Part shown: positions 13,121 through 24,700 of the stretch, piece after piece
How the letters are laid out: each line of letters opens with the position of its first letter
Numbering within the stretch: the first letter of the stretch is position 1
NCBI RefSeq assembly: GCF_000281045.1
Contig: NW_008246068.1
Location: forward strand, 1,331,110 to 1,395,109
Source: Saprolegnia diclina VS20
Lineage: Eukaryota
Length of the DNA: 64,000 bases
Direction: 5' to 3'
Translations under genes and position numbers: made by a program
Notes under the pieces: generated by a model
Seen by the model: the letters and a program-made list of their open reading frames with translations, nothing else
Database searches by the model: none
What the model was told of the DNA's origin: nothing

Positions 13121-14625
13121 TTAGGTCAGCGAAGCGTCGAGTCGCTGCTGCCGCGTGCGCAGTGCCCACGTCGCAATGTCGCGCATTGCCACGTCGCGGG
13201 ACGCGTGCACCGAGGCGGCCCGCGCGTGCAGCGTCACAAGCTAACCCAGGTTCTCAGATCCGATGGAGATTCTTAGCCATTGCACCTTGTCGTTGAGATC
13301 GTGTGCGGCCGCGATCTGGCGTAGGAAAAAGAAGATGCGCTGGTCATGCCCGGCGACGTCGGCCGCGACCTTGCCATCGTGGTTGGTCACACTCCACGTG
13401 CACCCAGCGGCCACGAGCCGCTGGACAATGTCAAGCGCATTGGCGGCCGCGGCTGCGTGCAAGCACGTGTTGCCTGCCGCTTTTATGAGATGATGGATAC
13501 CAGCAAAGGCCGTGTACCTTGCGCGTCCTGGGCGTTGAGGTCCATCGCGGCGTCGGATGACGCGTGGTAGACCAAGAGGCGCTCGACCATTGTGCTCGAG
13601 CCGACGGCGCAGGCCACGTGAAGTGCTGTCTGGCCCTACGCACACGTGTGTGCGTGGGTAGAGCGTCCAATGTCAACGGACCTGCGCGTTGCGCGACGTG
13701 AGACTTGGCGCAAGGCTCAAGAGATGCGCGACGGCAAACTCATTCTTTGTCGCGCACGCGTGGTGCAGCGCCAAGTCCTTTTCGGTGAACCGCTGCGACT
13801 AGGCATATCAACCATAGGTGGACAGGAGCCAACACCACCACACTTGACAACGAATACGTACACCGAGCGCGAGCTTCTCGATTTCCCATCCCGAGCGCCG
13901 CATGCACTGCCCATCGAGGCACTGCGTCGTTTCAGCACACGACGCACGACAATGGTATGCATACCTTGCCATATTTGATGTGTTGGTCGACGTCGCAGCC
14001 AAACCCAAAGGCCGTCTGCATGTTCTCGTGGCGCCTGGCGGTCGGCGAGAGGTTGCGCACAGCCGCCGCCGTGTACACGCGCCGCTGTCGGTCCATCTTG
14101 TGCTGCATGCCACTCAGAACTTAAGGTGCGGGACCGTTTCACATTTCCAACAACGGTCGACGACATTGCACATTGAGATTGCACTTTGAGATGGCCTTTG
14201 ACGTTGGAGGTAGTGGTCCTTGCACGTTAGTACGTCGCATCCTGCGCCTGCATCCGTCGTCGTATCCTCTTCGATCGCATCCGGCAACATTACAAAAAGA
14301 ATCGGCGAGAAGCCAGCCAACACGATGGGCAGGCGCGCAGCGCAGTCACGCCGCAGTGCTGCGTGAGTCGCGGCGTCGCCAAGGTGCGTGCGTCGCAGTG
14401 GACAGAGCCGTCGGCGATCGCGGCGCTCCTACCCTTGCGCGACAAGCGTGACTGCAACAACTCGGCGTGCGTGCGGGCCTCGTCGCTCTCTTCGCCGCTC
14501 TCTTGGTCAGCCGCGCCCTTTGTCAGTGCTTCTGCAGCGGCGTGAGCGACGCAGCACATCGGCGACTTGGGACCGCGCGCCAAAACCACCTGCGACGACG
14601 CCACTCGTCGCTCAAGATCGTCCAT
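13121..14625 (-). CDS. Multi-exon ankyrin-repeat protein (5' exons uncertain)
   Basis: Ankyrin repeats ALHHACATKNEFAVAHLL, GQTALHVACAVGSSTMVERLL and GNTCLHAAAAANALDIVQRLVAAG..NHDGKVAADVA on separate exons. Last exon LVTLHAR..DASLT* (stop 13121-13123). Confidence 0.7.
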
Positions 14626-15139
14626 CTTCAGGAAAAAAAGCAGGCGCTTGCATGCCGCACTTTCTGTACATGTCGCAGGTCCGCTGCAATCGCACGTCCC
14701 TTTTCGCAGGGAATTTCCCGGGACATTCCTTGATCACAAGGGGATCTGTTGCGATTGCGAGCGAGCGTTGCCAGTCCGAGCGATGTGGGTATGCCATGGA
14801 GCATACAAAGTCCAAGTGTACTGTCGTCATAGATGCGGCCGCAACTGGTCGGTCCGTGCTCTTGAGCTTTGTATACATCGCCCGCCGCACGTCATCCTCG
14901 CGTCATTTAAATTTGACCAATCAAATCGCGCCCGAACCACCGACATTCCGCTTGGATTGATTGCGCAGAATTTTAACCAATCAGATGCTGCCAAGGCGCT
15001 GTGAAAATTTCGCCCGAGCTTCTCTGTTGGACACATCGGGAGGGTATGCGCGCACGCAGCTGGAAGGCGACTATCCAGAGAATGGGCCGAGACTGGATCG
15101 CCATCCCGATAAGTTGCATTTTCTTATTTGCGTCGTCAA

Positions 15140-15694
15140 ATGAACTCGCCCGTGACCCGCAAGCCGAGCCTGAAGCGCCCGCAAGCCGCGACGTTGTCGC
15201 CGACCTCGAAGCGCGCACGCCTCATTGGCAACTTTACGATCTCGGTCTCGGCCAATTTGCTCAAGTCGTCGGACGCGTACCGCGGCCGGTGCAAGTACAA
15301 GAGCGGGCGCTGCCCGAACGAGCGCACGCTCAAGTTTAGCGGCGAAGCCCACACGCTCTGCGAAGAGCACCGGCTAAAGCACAACAAGAACCAGCGAAAG
15401 TCGGACGCCAAGCGACGCGGCGCCAAGCCCGTCAAGAAGGAGCCCAAGACGACGACGACGACCAAGACCACGACCAAAACGCCGGCGGAATGCATCAAGA
15501 GCGAGCGCATGGACCATATCAAAGACGAAGTCGTGACGATCAAGCTCGAGCCCGGGCTTCAGATGGACGGGATGGAGATGCTCTCGGCCGACGACCTCGG
15601 CCCCGAGTTTGAGCTGGAAGAGATGGACATGACGGAGCCCGAGACGTGGTCGGACGACGAAGTCGAGATCCTCAAGCACATTTTCGAGTCGTAG
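15140..15694 (+). CDS. C3H (C-x6-C-x15-C-x2-H) zinc-finger protein, putative transcription factor; paralog 1
   Basis: YRGRCKYKSGRCPNERTLKFSGEAHTLCEEHRLKHNKNQRKSDAKRR; acidic C-terminus with WSDDEVEIL; strong coding codon bias. Confidence 0.8.
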   Translation: MNSPVTRKPSLKRPQAATLSPTSKRARLIGNFTISVSANLLKSSDAYRGRCKYKSGRCPNERTLKFSGEAHTLCEEHRLKHNKNQRKSDAKRRGAKPVKKEPKTTTTTKTTTKTPAECIKSERMDHIKDEVVTIKLEPGLQMDGMEMLSADDLGPEFELEEMDMTEPETWSDDEVEILKHIFES

Positions 15695-17440
15695 CCGTCG
15701 TCGCGTCGCAATTAGTTAGTTATTCCCTATTAAAGTGCCCTAATAATTGAAGTAGTAGTCCTTACACGTGCGAGGCTCTCTGCGAGGACGTCGAGGACGC
15801 GCCGTGTACGCGGCGTCGAAGGATCGTGATGGGCGCCGCCGAGGATCGGGCGGCCGATCGGCCCCACGTGGTGCGCTGCGATGACGCAAGTATCCAGCGA
15901 ATTATGACGAACGCGCGCTGATTGGTCGAAACAACTTCAACCTGACTTTGCACATCGAGCGACCGCACCTGCGCTGTCCGTGCCTCTTCGGCCGACGATT
16001 CGCCGGAGAAGTGGGGAGGTGGAGCGGTGCGACTCCTCGGCGCCACGGCAGCGCCTTCTATGTGTCGCGTGTGATCGACTGCGACCTGCCGTTGGTTTGT
16101 AGCCGACAGGCCGACACAGTCCTACATTTGACCACTTGCTCGATCACCGAGCGGTACTGCACCAAGAACCGTGCATTCACATCTCAATGCACCACCCGCC
16201 GCTACTATGTGTCGTGACAGCAAAGCAATACGATTCGAAGGTTGCAGTCTGCACCCTGGTCTGCGAGCGCAGAATGTACTTCAGTGGTACTAACTAATAG
16301 TACCTGTCGAGTACTGTGCTACTAGTACAGTGCTACCTGTGCTCTGTGCTACCGCAAAAAGGTGGAATGCCATCATCCAGACATCGACAGTCGAAGGGGT
16401 TCGAACGCCCGCGTGTTTCGAACGCGCCATCGGGTCTCGCCAACAGCCTCTAGGGTACAGGAGAAGACAATATATTTGCTTGCATTTGCGCCGACTTGGT
16501 TGCATGTGTATAGTCGAATCGTAGGGGGGCCTGTCGAGCGTCCGCCTTTCCTGCTTGGTCGATGCCACGTCCTCGAACATAAGAAGCGGCTGCAGTTCCA
16601 TTCTCATGGCAAAACAGAATACCTAGCTTCGTGTCGTGAAGGAAGCAGACAACCGGTGGATCATCGTGCTTGATGAGCTTTGACGCAGCAACACATTGAA
16701 CACCGTGCTCCTGTCACGGGCAGCATCTCGTAGCGGTCTTCGCCAATGTTAGAGTCAATGAAGCATGCATTCATTCTGTGACGAAGGGTCCCCGAGGTTA
16801 AGACGGAGGTCAAGACGGCGGTCTTCCTCGGTCATACCTGCGTCGCCGTGGAGCTCTTCCCGCAGAGCAAGTTCGGCGCCATGTCTACACAACATGAACT
16901 TGCCACCGTTCGCTAGCAATCGTCAGAAATGGCAACACCCACCAGAGGTCGAGTACCAGCTCCATGATGTGTTGTACTAGTACCGGCACCTTGACGTGCT
17001 ATCGCTCGGCAAGGGTATATAAGAGATGCAAGATGCAAAATGCAAGGGTATAGACCTTTGCGCTCGGCTACGAACTTGCTAGCACATCGCCCGACGACTT
17101 GGCCAGCGCAACAAGCACTTGTTGTCGGCTATTTGGTCTGGACGAAGGCCGCGCACTGTCACCTTCGCCTTTGCGGATACAACTCGTTGGACGTCGACAG
17201 CGAAAGCGTGCCGATCGAAATCTCGCAGCCCGTGCTCGGTCTCACTGCCAGTAGCCAGTGAGTAGCACCATGCAACTAGTACGTTCCAGGCTTGGTGCAT
17301 TAGCGTATCTCGCGGGACATTGGCAAGCTCGAGGTCACTGCCCATCGCAGCGTACGACTGGGGTATCGGGACGATGTGCAGTCGACTTCTATCATGCTAG
17401 CCTCGGCGGCGTCCAATTCACTCTTGGATTTTGTGTGGAA

Positions 17441-18439
17441 ATGGCCGGGACGTCGCGGCGATTGGTTGTGACCAAGCAGCCTCCATCCGAGTTTTATAAG
17501 GACGAAGGTACACGAGGCAGCAGCGGACGATGGCCAAGACTCTTGTAGGCGGACGCTCGAATTACCTCACGACCGAGATTTCACTGCTCGAGTTCAACAA
17601 CAAGAAGGAGCTCGTGCGGTCGTCGTCGCGGTCGTTCACCCCGATCCCTCTCCGCGTCAGCCTCTATTACGAGTCGGGTTGGAGAATTTGACGGTTTCAT
17701 ATCGTTCTCAGCCATCCGTAGGCAAACCTGTGGACGAGAGCGACCAAGACATTTTCCGCTTTGTCGGCGACGAGTACGACGCGATCGTGATTCGCGACGA
17801 CACGCGCAGTGCCACCATTCACTTTCGGCTGGAAAAGGTTGGCATTCTGACAGTGGTGGCGGTTCCATCAACGACTGCAGGTGAGCCGGCGCAAGGACGG
17901 GCAGCGCTTCAAGCTCAAGATTGAGCCCTACGTGGAGCAGTGCACTGTCCACTTGGACGACTTGGCGCCGGTGTTTACAACAGCGATTTGTGTTCTCTCG
18001 AAGCGCAAATACCCAAGTCAAGATGCGTCGCACCGTGGCAAGATGCTCAAGACGCTGCCCGGTATGCCAAACAAGCTGTTTGAAGGCGAGATTTGATGGG
18101 GTGTAGATGTTGTCGCGGACTCAGGCGGCGTTCGTGCGCAGCTGCAACACCTGCAACGCCAAAACGACCGCATGTTGACACTTTTGGAAGCGCAGGTATC
18201 GGCACGACGGCTTGTTTGCCTACGGTGCTTGGACGACTCTTACATAGCACGAGATGCTGCTGACTTTGACACGTCCACTGCCAAAGACGCTGGACCTCGA
18301 CGCTCTCCTCAAAGCCGGTACGCGGCGACAAGGCTATGGGAGGTTGATGCTGCTGGGCGTAGAAAACGCGGCCTTTCGAGACGCGATCGACCCGACCGAG
18401 TCGGACCCCACGCTGCATAACTTGACGCTGTCGTTTTAG
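17441..18439 (+). CDS. 7-exon putative transcription factor with an Ig-fold-like (CudA/STAT-like) DNA-binding region and a coiled coil
   Basis: Six GT-AG introns (first three 17508-17548, 17678-17721, 17838-17880) give an open frame: MAGTSRRLVVTKQPPSEFYKDEG|GRSNYL..LRVSLYYESG|KPV..IHFRLEK|VSRRKDGQRFKLKIEP..PVFTTAICVLSKRK..QLQHLQRQNDRMLTLLEAQ..LSF*. The fold assignment is inference. Confidence 0.7.
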
Positions 18440-18484
18440 CGATTTTACATGTGAATCGAGTTGTGTGGACGTGCCGAATGCGGG

Positions 18485-20823
18485 TTAGGCCATATGAGGA
18501 CTTCGGTGCCGCGCAAAGAACTGGGCAAACGAAGCTCTCGGCGCCACGGGCGATGCATGCACGAGCCCTTCGGTCGAGTACAGGGGCGATGTCGCCGTCC
18601 GCGCGGCGACGACGCGCTGTATCGTGCGCTGGAACTGTACGATACGATATCGATCTGTGCGCGTTGCGAGCTCGTGGACCACCTACCGAGCGCGTGAACC
18701 CGCGTGTTATATAGCACATTTGAGGCAGCAGTTATATTACCTGGAGCAGCGGTCGGTTCGTGCAGTCCACGCCGTTGACTGCCATGATGGCGTCGCCGGG
18801 CTGGATCATGCTGCACCTTTAACATTCCGTCAGCATCCCCGATTCCGTACGATGCGTACTGCTTCCCGATGGCGGTTGTCGAGTTATACCCATACACGCG
18901 AACCGCACTGTCGACCTTGTCTTGTGCGAGCACGAGACCAAGAGCACCTAGGGTCGTGGAGGAGGTGCCCGTTGATTCGCAGTGCTACCCGGAGAAAACG
19001 CCACGTCATAGTCGAGTAAAAGTGGCGTCTTTTTCGATTTTCGCCACCGCAAAAAACCGCGCGGACGCAACTTTGTTGGCGCGGCGTCGTAGAGAGCGAT
19101 GGCCCATGCCGGCGACGGACTCGCAGTTAGTCGATGCTTGGCATCGGCCTGCACGGCCTCCTCGCGCGCGTAGGCGCTTCGCATTTGCGACACCTACAAG
19201 TCGTTCGTATCAACTTTTTGTATCAATTTGTCAAGTCCCAGCACCTCGAAAGGGCAAAGGCGCTCGGCAAAGGCAAATGCGAGAGCCAAAAAGGCGTCTT
19301 GGTCCTCTACTGTCACCAAGTACTGGTCGGGTATGGATTGTATGCACTGCAGCAATGACATTGGGTCGTCATCCTCCGGAAGATCGACCCGTGTCATTGT
19401 CGATAGGAGTGCTGCGGCGGTGCCGAGTAGGATGCAGCCAGCGTCCGCCGATGACGACGCCAAGCGCAACAAGAGCGCATCCCAGATACGCTGAGCGACG
19501 CGGAGTGGGAGTGTATTCGCAAAGGCAGTCACAAACCACTTGGTCGCAAACGCCGGCGGTTCAAGGCCCGCAGCCGCCAGCTGCGCAGCAACCACCGGCA
19601 CCCTACGAGTCTAGCATGAGCCTCAGGTCAACATCTCCGAGACGCCAACAATGTGGGCAGAAGCGTCGTCAGAACAGCGTGGTCAGCGGCGAGACCCGCC
19701 ATGTCGGGCGTGTGGTAGTCGGGCAATAGCTCCTCCACAACAATGGCCAGCGCCCTACGTCGCGTCAAGCATCCCATCGTCAAGACAAAAGCTCACCAAA
19801 ACACTGTGCCTTCGTCATGCAGATGCCGCAGTAGCATAGCGCCAAGCACGTGCATGCCCTGACAGTACCCAACGGTGGCATTGCGCACGGCGTAGGCCAG
19901 AAGAACGCGCTGCAGCGCCGCTTCGTCGCGCGGACCGTCCACGAGGCCGCTCCTAACGCGGTGCTAAGGCGACAGGCGTGTACGTAGTACGAGTAGTACC
20001 TGGGTGCGTCCTTGGCAACGTCATGGCGCGTCGTCCGTGAGACGTTGGCGCCATAGTCCAAGTAGCTGAGGGGGCTGCGCCGTTGGAGATGCTCGATGCG
20101 GCGTCCGAGCGCGGTTGTCCACGCCGCCCGCCGCGCGTCGTTGCTCAGCGCAGCGCCGAGATCGAGCGGCGACACCATCTCGGACAAGTCGAATACCGGT
20201 ACTATAGGCGTTATCGCGGATCATGCGTTACCACGCTCGTCCACCGTGTACGTGGACGCTTGAGTGCCGTGGACACCATGATCCGGGTGTCGCACACCGC
20301 CTTGTATGCGTGCCACGTCACGAGGTTATCACGGCCGCCGCATCGCTGGGAGCGCGCACCTTGAGCGACTTGGGACCAGCGCGGAGCGTTGCGAGACGGA
20401 GCACGGTGGCCAGCACGTCGTCGTCGTCGTGGCAGCCGAGTGGGAGGAGTTTCAAATCCGCTGGCGCCACATGGCCAGAGGTGCGAATTATCTGGTCGCT
20501 GCAACGTCACCCAGCGACACCAGCTGGCGGACGTTGTTGAACCTTGACGTGCGCTGCCAAAAAATAGCGGTTGCCACCGCTTGTTCACTGAGCTTGTGCT
20601 GGTAGTACCGGAGAGTAAAGCGGGATACAGTACTTAGAGTGGTTTTTGACCTGAGATGTCCTTGGTATGACTAACCCTCGACGTGGTAGTACAGGCGACC
20701 GGTACAGTAATCGCGGCGTTCGACGAGCCGCCGTGCACATCGAAGCATCGAACGTGGTGTCGTTGCGTTACGCCACTTGGCCGTTCGCGGGTTGTCGTCA
20801 GCCCGCGCCTCCATTGCGCGCAT
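18485..20823 (-). CDS. TBC (Rab-GAP) domain protein with a C-terminal PDZ domain; start uncertain
   Basis: TBC motifs RRAAW, DVAKDAPR, YCQGMHVLGAMLL, FATKWFVTAFANTLPLRVAQRIWDALL. PDZ motifs YDVAFSPG|ALGLVL..IQPGDAIMAVNGVD. Multiple introns. Confidence 0.75.
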
Positions 20824-21744
20824 GTTTAGCCACAAGGTCCCACTCCACCGCACCACCTGCCGTGATGACGCCGTCCGCTCTCGAAACAACGCTGACGTTT
20901 ACCACAACAGTTTGAGGGCAACAAAGCTCGGTTCAGGCATCATCGGCCCACTCTCTTCTTCTATAACCATTAGTGGGGAGTACGTGACAGAAAAAGGAGG
21001 TTTTTCGATTCAAGTCGCTTTCAACGACGACACATACACTGTACAATATATACATATATATGTTGGGGCAAGTTGTCGGTGAGTGTGCGGGAGCGCACTC
21101 TCTCTGGCAAGGCAGGACTCCGACGCGGAACCCCTCATCCCAACACCCAAAACCTCAATAGCATTTGATCGTGAGTGATCACGGCCTGTCTGAACGGACG
21201 TAGATTCGTGTGGCACAACAAGTGACGTGCGTAATGCTTGGCGGATCTCTGTTTACTACGCGACTACATACGTGGGTAACTCGAACGTATAAGTTAATAT
21301 ATGAGTCCTTATCCTTCGACTAGCACAGATATAGTCTAAATAAAACCATCCCAATTACTGCTGGCATTTATAGGATAGCGCGTCGAGCGAGGTGGCGAGG
21401 ATCGGACTGGCACCCAAGACGTGACGAGCTTCAAACAGCAAGTGCAATGTCGGGTGTGGCTTTGGGTACTGCTCGCGAGGCCTCCTTCCGCTTGATGTAG
21501 CTAGAGTAAAGGATTTTCGATGCTTGTCAAGGTACCATCGCTGTCTACAGAGACGCCTGCGGTTCGTATTACTATAGCTCGTGTCGTGAAGTGGGACTCG
21601 ACAGGCTCGTTTTCAGATTTCGATGTAAACTTCTACTAATCACCACGACCGCTGTCCAACGCCCACTCGCCCCCAGCTGGTGGCTTGAGAAGAGGCAACA
21701 ATACACGTGAAAAGCGACGTCCGTCACAGTTCAATTCGCAGCGC

Positions 21745-22197
21745 ATGCAAAAGACGCCAACGAATATGACAGCGACGACCACCAACGAGCTAACCTCGAG
21801 TGTGTACCGCGGCCGCTGCAAGTACAAGAGCGGCCGGTGCCCGAACGAGCGCACGCTCAAGTACAACGGCGACATCCACACGCTCTGCGAGGAGCACCGC
21901 CAGCGCCATAACCAGATCCAGTGCAAGTCGGACACCAAAATTCGGTTCGTCAAGCGCCAGAAAGCACTGCTCAACAAGCTTGCGGCCGTGTCGCCGCCCG
22001 TCACTTCCAAAGGCAGTAGTATCAAGCAAGAGCCGCTACGCGATGAAATGGCGCTGCCGAGACCCAAGAAGCTCCAGCCCCTCGAATTCACGGCGCCGAC
22101 CTGGACGCTCGACTGGTCCGACGAAGAGACGTTCATCTTTACCAACATCATGGGCGTCGCGACGGCAACCACCGAAGCTTTTGTCTTTAGCGTCTAG
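21745..22197 (+). CDS. C3H zinc-finger protein, paralog 2 (start 21745 or 21766)
   Basis: YRGRCKYKSGRCPNERTLKYNGDIHTLCEEHRQRHNQIQCKSDTK; C-terminal DWSDEETFIF. Core is near-identical to the 15140 gene. Confidence 0.8.
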   Translation: MQKTPTNMTATTTNELTSSVYRGRCKYKSGRCPNERTLKYNGDIHTLCEEHRQRHNQIQCKSDTKIRFVKRQKALLNKLAAVSPPVTSKGSSIKQEPLRDEMALPRPKKLQPLEFTAPTWTLDWSDEETFIFTNIMGVATATTEAFVFSV

Positions 22198-22662
22198 TCA
22201 TGACTAGTTATTTAACCTCCTGTAACCTGTACATTCTACCATCGACACCTTTGCATCTAATGGTATCTCTGCAGCCGCCACGATCCCAAGCGCAATACGA
22301 GCCGTACTCGCTATTTGTAAAGCAGCGGTGTCGACGCAGCCATGGCTCAACAAGTGGGATACCCCGACGAAGAGGCAGGCGGAGGTGCCCCACAACACGA
22401 TGCGAAGAAGCGACGGGGCTCGATGCTGGGACTAGGCGCGGTCAAGGAGGCATTACGCACGAGTAGCCGCGGCGTTGTTGAGTCCTCGTAGCAATTGCAA
22501 GTAGCTGGACAGCCGACGTCAACCTCAAGAACGTGGTCGTCACCAGCAGCAACGTTCCGGGACCCTTCGAGCTCCTTATTTTTTAAACTGCAGAAGCACG
22601 CTGTACAGGCGCTTGGGGTACCACAGTAAACCAGCAGCAAACCATCGTGTGCCACAGGTGAG

Positions 22663-24257
22663 CTAATCCGAGGCAAATTTGTGGCGCGACGCCGACAACA
22701 GGAGGAGCACGACGGGCAAAATGCCCACAGGCCACAGTAGCCCAAGCGAGAGAAGCCAAAATCTAGTACATAGTCGTCTTCCCGCCTTGTACAGATACGC
22801 GACGTACCCTTGCCAGAGCCACGCGAGCGCGATCGTACACCACGTCGTGCTCCACCTACGACCAGTTCAGCCTGCATCGTCTTTAAATGAGATGGAAGGT
22901 CACCCCATGGCCAGTGCAAGTGCGAGTCGGTTGGTCGGGCGGACGCTGAGATGCAGCGGGCCCATCGCCGACGGGACAAAGAGCGTCGTGTGGAGATAGT
23001 GCTGGAGGACGCCGTAGTAACCGAGACACGAGAGCGCGAGTCCTAGGCCGCGCCACCCCATTGTCTTCCAGCGCTAGTACAACAACAGCCATGTTCATGC
23101 GACCATCAGACGACAAAGAAAGGCGGTACGAGCGACGACTTGGCGTGGTAGAGCATTGTCTCAGCCGGCACGAGACCGTCGTGGACCAGCGCGATGGGCA
23201 CACCGCCAGCACTTGTGTAGGGCACCAGCGTGCCGTGCAGCGGCATGGCCAGGATGCTCACCTACGTCAAATATCGATGCATACGACGACGACAAGTCAT
23301 GGAGGCAAGTACGCGCTTGGCCGGCGTCACAGCGAACGAGACGCGGACGTCGCCGATCGCGTTGCGGTGCGGACGCGGCTCGTTCTTACGCGGGCGCGAC
23401 AGAAAGGCCGACTCGGCGTCAATGTACATGTCGACAAGCGCTGGGATTTCGTCCACGGCCTGTAGATAACAGTGTGAGTTATCGATGTACAGCTAGACAC
23501 GGTGTGTACCTGCGGCATATGCAGCGCCAAGTCAAAGACCGACTCCATCTGGAGAAGCGAGCGCTGGTCCAGGCGGATCGGCTCGGTCGGCGTCGCGATC
23601 AAGTCGACGATCGCATGCGAGAGCGCGTACGCCTCGACGTGCAACGCTGGGTGTGTAGTCTACCCCATGCGTCCATAGACGGTGAAACTAACGTTAGGCG
23701 AAGCGCACCTTGCGAGAGCCATATGGCCACAGCGTTGGGTTGCTGTAGCTGCGGTCGTCAAAGCTGTCGCTGTGGATCGGCGTCTCGCTCCACACCTCGT
23801 CGTATGAGTACGTCACGTCCTTCTTCTCTTCGCCGTCTTCCGAGTACGTGTGGTCGTGCCGGGTCTCTACTCGTAGCCTCGCATGGTGTCCTCCTGCATG
23901 ACGGACGATACCTCGCCACTGGTACATCTCGACGGTCCGGTGCAAGTGGACGCCGGCGACCGCGATGCCAAACTCTCGGTCCGAGACGATCGGTCGCGCA
24001 TTGCCTTCGCCCATGAGGCGCGCCGAGATGTGCACCAGGCGGCCGTCCAGCGCTGCCGCGTCCAGCGTCGAGTCGTACGCGACGACATCGGCGAGGGCGC
24101 CCGAGAGGCCGTCGTGGGTTCGGGTTGCATATGCTTCGTTGCCAAAGAGGCTAGCGACGCAGACGAGCACACAGACGAGGCCGGCGATCAAGGCCACGAC
24201 CGCGTCGCCGGCCTTCGGCTGGCGCGGCCGGTCAGCGTCGTCGACGTCTGGGCGCAT
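22663..24257 (-). CDS. TMEM43: TMEM43/LUMA family membrane protein
   Basis: LFGNE, LDGRLVHIS, DREFGI..LHRTVEMYQW, TYSYDEVWSETPIHSDSF, IGDVRVSF, LVPYTS and C-terminal TM helices. Stop 22663-22665 after several introns. Confidence 0.85.
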
Positions 24258-24700
24258 GGGAATGCAAATTGAGAGTGGCACATGCCACACTTTATTTGCG
24301 GCATATGCCACGTGTGCTATGGTACACGCCGAATCTTCTCAGTTATTTTCGGCGCTGATGCGCTGGCAGCACCAGAGCGCGTGGAATGCCAAGTGCAATC
24401 GTGGCATGATCACGTACCGGTACGGATGCTTTTGCAGCGCCAGCACCCACAACGAGAGAGGCGTAGAGAAATAGTGTATGCGGTAGCTATAACCACGTAC
24501 AAATATGGTCATTTATTTCGTGATGCGGTGATGTTGGCTCAAACGCAGTCGACTGGACCAAGGCGAAGCGAGCGAGTCCGATACGAGAGATGCCCAGCCA
24601 TAGATCGACGGCGTTCGAGAGGATCCTCAAGCACAAGGTTATCGGCGTCCTTACATGACACCGGCGCGTCATTCGGGTGTAACCGAAAGGTCAGCCAAAG

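Noticed and set aside
15760..17400. Scattered short ORFs between the C3H gene and the Ig-fold gene
   Set aside because: No coherent exon chain or motifs.
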